Origin: Azolla caroliniana
Lineage: Eukaryota > Plantae > Polypodiophyta
Reading direction: 5' to 3'
Assembly: GCA_043228905.1 (NCBI GenBank)
Contig: JBHGNT010000005.1
Span: 13,392,001 to 13,456,000 of the forward strand
Length of the DNA stretch: 64,000 bases
Both the position numbers and the translations under genes were made by a program. Below, one piece after another: positions 61,398-64,000 of this stretch (its first letter is position 1; every line of letters begins with the position of its first letter). Below the pieces are notes generated by a model. That model made no database searches. It was given only the letters and a program-made list of their open reading frames with translations, and was not told the DNA's origin.

Positions 61398-64000
61398 TGT
61401 GAAAGATTATGTGCGGAAGCAATAGAAAAACGAACATAGAGAAAATACGCAGGTTTAATGGAGAGCTTGAATATACACAATACGCGGGAGAGACAGAGAG
61501 AGAACACACAGAACTCAATTCAAAATAATACTCAATCTGTACATAGGATGAGTGAGCACTTTTATACAAGCCCTGACAATCGGGCTGATACAAGTACTGA
61601 CAGTACTTGACTACTCATAAATGAGCCTCGACACTCACTCCCAAAATTATTCCTTACGAGGAATATCTCTCTAATGGCCTTTCGGTTTATGCACCGATAC
61701 AACCTCTCGTTACGCATCTGTTTTACGCACCGATACGGCCATGTTATGCGTACTGATTTACGCATCGGTCCGGCCTAACCAATCGGTCCCAACCGATCCG
61801 GTTCTCGGCTTGCGCAGCCGATTCGGCCAATGTTGAGCTTGTATCTCAACACTCCCCCTCAAAAGCTCAACTTGAGGTTCGATCTGCTCTTATGGATCTG
61901 TGCTCCAGTTCCTTCTGGCTTTATGCCTCGCTTGCGCTCCTCGACCTGTTCGATTTCGCACGCCTCGACCCTTCCGGTTGGCTTGTCTGCTCAGACGGCC
62001 TTTCTCAACTTCCTTGTTGTTGCGGTGTTGGCGCCTCTTCTACTGCCTTCTCTTCCACTTGCCCCTTGGTTGATTCAGCGTATCTGAATCAAACATCCGA
62101 ACCAACTCGGCTACCTCCGATCAATTTTCACTCTCGTCCGAGTTGGCTATCTCCAACTCGTCTTCGGTCTTCTCGCCCTTGACGGCATCATCTCCCCCAT
62201 GCTTGGTTGGCTTCGGCTCTTTCTTTCGGCTGTTCCCCTTATGTTCGCTTTTGGACTCTTCCGCGGATCCGCCCTCGGCTTCTTCAGCCGATCCGAAGTC
62301 GAATTCGTCATCCGACTCGGTGTCACCGTCTTTTCCGCTCCTTTCCTGCTCCCTTCCGTGGTCATCCGGGACGTCTCTCCCCCTCAAGTTCGGCACGTCG
62401 AGGTGACGCAACCCAAGCGCACCCGAGAATTGCCGCAACTTGTCCAGACCAAGAGGCTTGGTGAAAATATTGGCGTGTTGCCGATCCGTCGGAACATACT
62501 GAAGTTCGACTTCACCGTAGAGGACATGCTCACGAACGAAATGGTAGTGCACCTCAATGTGCTTAGTCCGGGTGTGGAAGACGGGGTTCTTAGGTAGCTG
62601 GATGTTGCTGAGGTTGTCGCTGTAGATTGTCTTTGGATCGGATACCTCCACCTGCAGGTCCTTAAGTAGTCGCTTCAACCATATGGCTTCGCATGTTGCG
62701 ACAACCGCTCCTCGGTACTCAGCTTCGGTGCTCGATAGTGCAACTATCGGCTGCTTCTTATTGCTCCATGCTATCGCATCACTCCCAAGAGAGAACGCGT
62801 ATCCGGACGTGGATCAGCGATCGACGACATTGCCAGCCCAATTAGCATCGGTGTAGCTGACCAACTACGAGGCTGTACCGGTCCGATATAGCAGTCCCCG
62901 GTCGTTAGTGTTGCTTACGTACCGCAGTACGCATTGCGCACACTGAAGGTGCTCCTCGGTAGGTCACGCCATGAACTGACTGACCACCCCGACCGGATAA
63001 CTGAGATCGGGTCGGGTGATTGTCAAGTAGATAAGGCTTCCGACAATTTGTCGGAACCTCGTCAGGTCGCATACCTTTCCGGAATTGCGGCGAAGCTTGA
63101 CGGTTCTATCCAGAGGAGTCGAGACGGACTTACCAGTGGGCCATCCCGAATTTGAAGAGCATACTCAGCACATAATGGCGTTGGTTGATCAATATGCCTT
63201 CGGGGGTACGGATCACATCGATCCTGAGGAAGTAATGAAGATCCCCCAGATCCTTCATGTTGAACGATGCCACAAGTTGGAGCTTCACGCGGTCGATTTC
63301 ACCTAGGTCGGTGCCGGTGATGACCAAGTAATCAACATATAGTAAAATACTGACCAGACCGAGTTGACCTTTCCGGATGAACAGGGAAGAGTTTGATTTT
63401 GATGTTGCATGGCCCATCCGACGCAGTTGCTACGTGATCTTCGCATTCCAAGCACATGGGGCTTGCTTCAGGCTGTAAAGGGACTTCTTCAATCGGCACA
63501 CTACCGACGTGTTCGTTCTGAAGTGAAATCCGGGGGGCTGTACCATGTACACCTGTTCCTCAAGCTCACCTTGCAGGAACGCATTCTTTACATTCATCTG
63601 ATGTAAGTGCCACCCCTTTGCCGCAGCTACCACGAGCAAAACACAGACGATCGTCATCTTCGCGACCGGCACAAATGTCTCATCATAGTCGATACCGTGT
63701 TTTTGTGCGTAGCCTTTTGCCACTAACCGGGCCTTGTATCGGTTGACCGAGCCATCGGTGTTGTACTTGACCTTGTACACCCACCTACATCCGATCAGCT
63801 TCACACCCTTCGATGTGTCAACCAGGTCCCAGGTCTCGTTTTCCACCCATGCGTGCATCTCTTCCTCCATCGCGGTGCGCCAATTCGCGTCCTTAGCCGC
63901 TTCTGTGTAGCTCTCCGGCTCACGCACTTCTGCCACACGGGTCATGTACGCATAATGATGCACCATGTACTCATTGTATCCAAACTGCACAACTAGGTTC
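61398..64000 (-). mobile_element. Copia 5, 3' part (3' LTR 61398-61851, PPT 61852-61860, RT-RH)
   Basis: Minus strand EPESY, RYKARLVAKG, NAFLQG, LYVDY, TKHIEVHYHFVRE. GAGGGGGAG abuts TGTTGAG...TCACA. Confidence 0.92.

Overview
Eukaryotic nuclear DNA from a land plant, most likely a fern (inferred from a fern-type PPR E-domain relic, a TE-filled 8.8 kb intron and Tcn1-like and RTEX-like elements). There are two intact host genes. One is an 11-exon SLC35F/DUF914 transporter (5677-19165, +, 348 aa) with a U12-type intron. The other is a PHT1 phosphate transporter (22756-24333, +) with a P1BS/W-box promoter. The rest is nested transposons: Gypsy, Copia, L1 and RTEX-like LINEs, and a hAT, several with readable TSDs. 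The main discovery candidate is in three Gypsy-type elements from at least two diverged families (1-3176, 35738-44899, 49076-51643). None has a polypurine tract beside its 3' LTR. Instead, exactly 2 nt before that LTR, each carries a sense copy of a tRNA(Arg)-like 3' end (CCCAC-GGG(C/T)GT-G-CCA) inside a conserved T-arm-like hairpin, which amounts to a second, inverted PBS. The module directly follows a shared extra coiled-coil ORF. This suggests plus-strand synthesis primed by a tRNA or tRNA mimic. Other notable items: a Tf1-type self-priming chromovirus, tRNA-like segments inside two LTRs, and a break-repair scar containing (TTTAGGG)2. All coordinates were read by eye. tRNA and clade assignments come from recalled family motifs, not from database searches.
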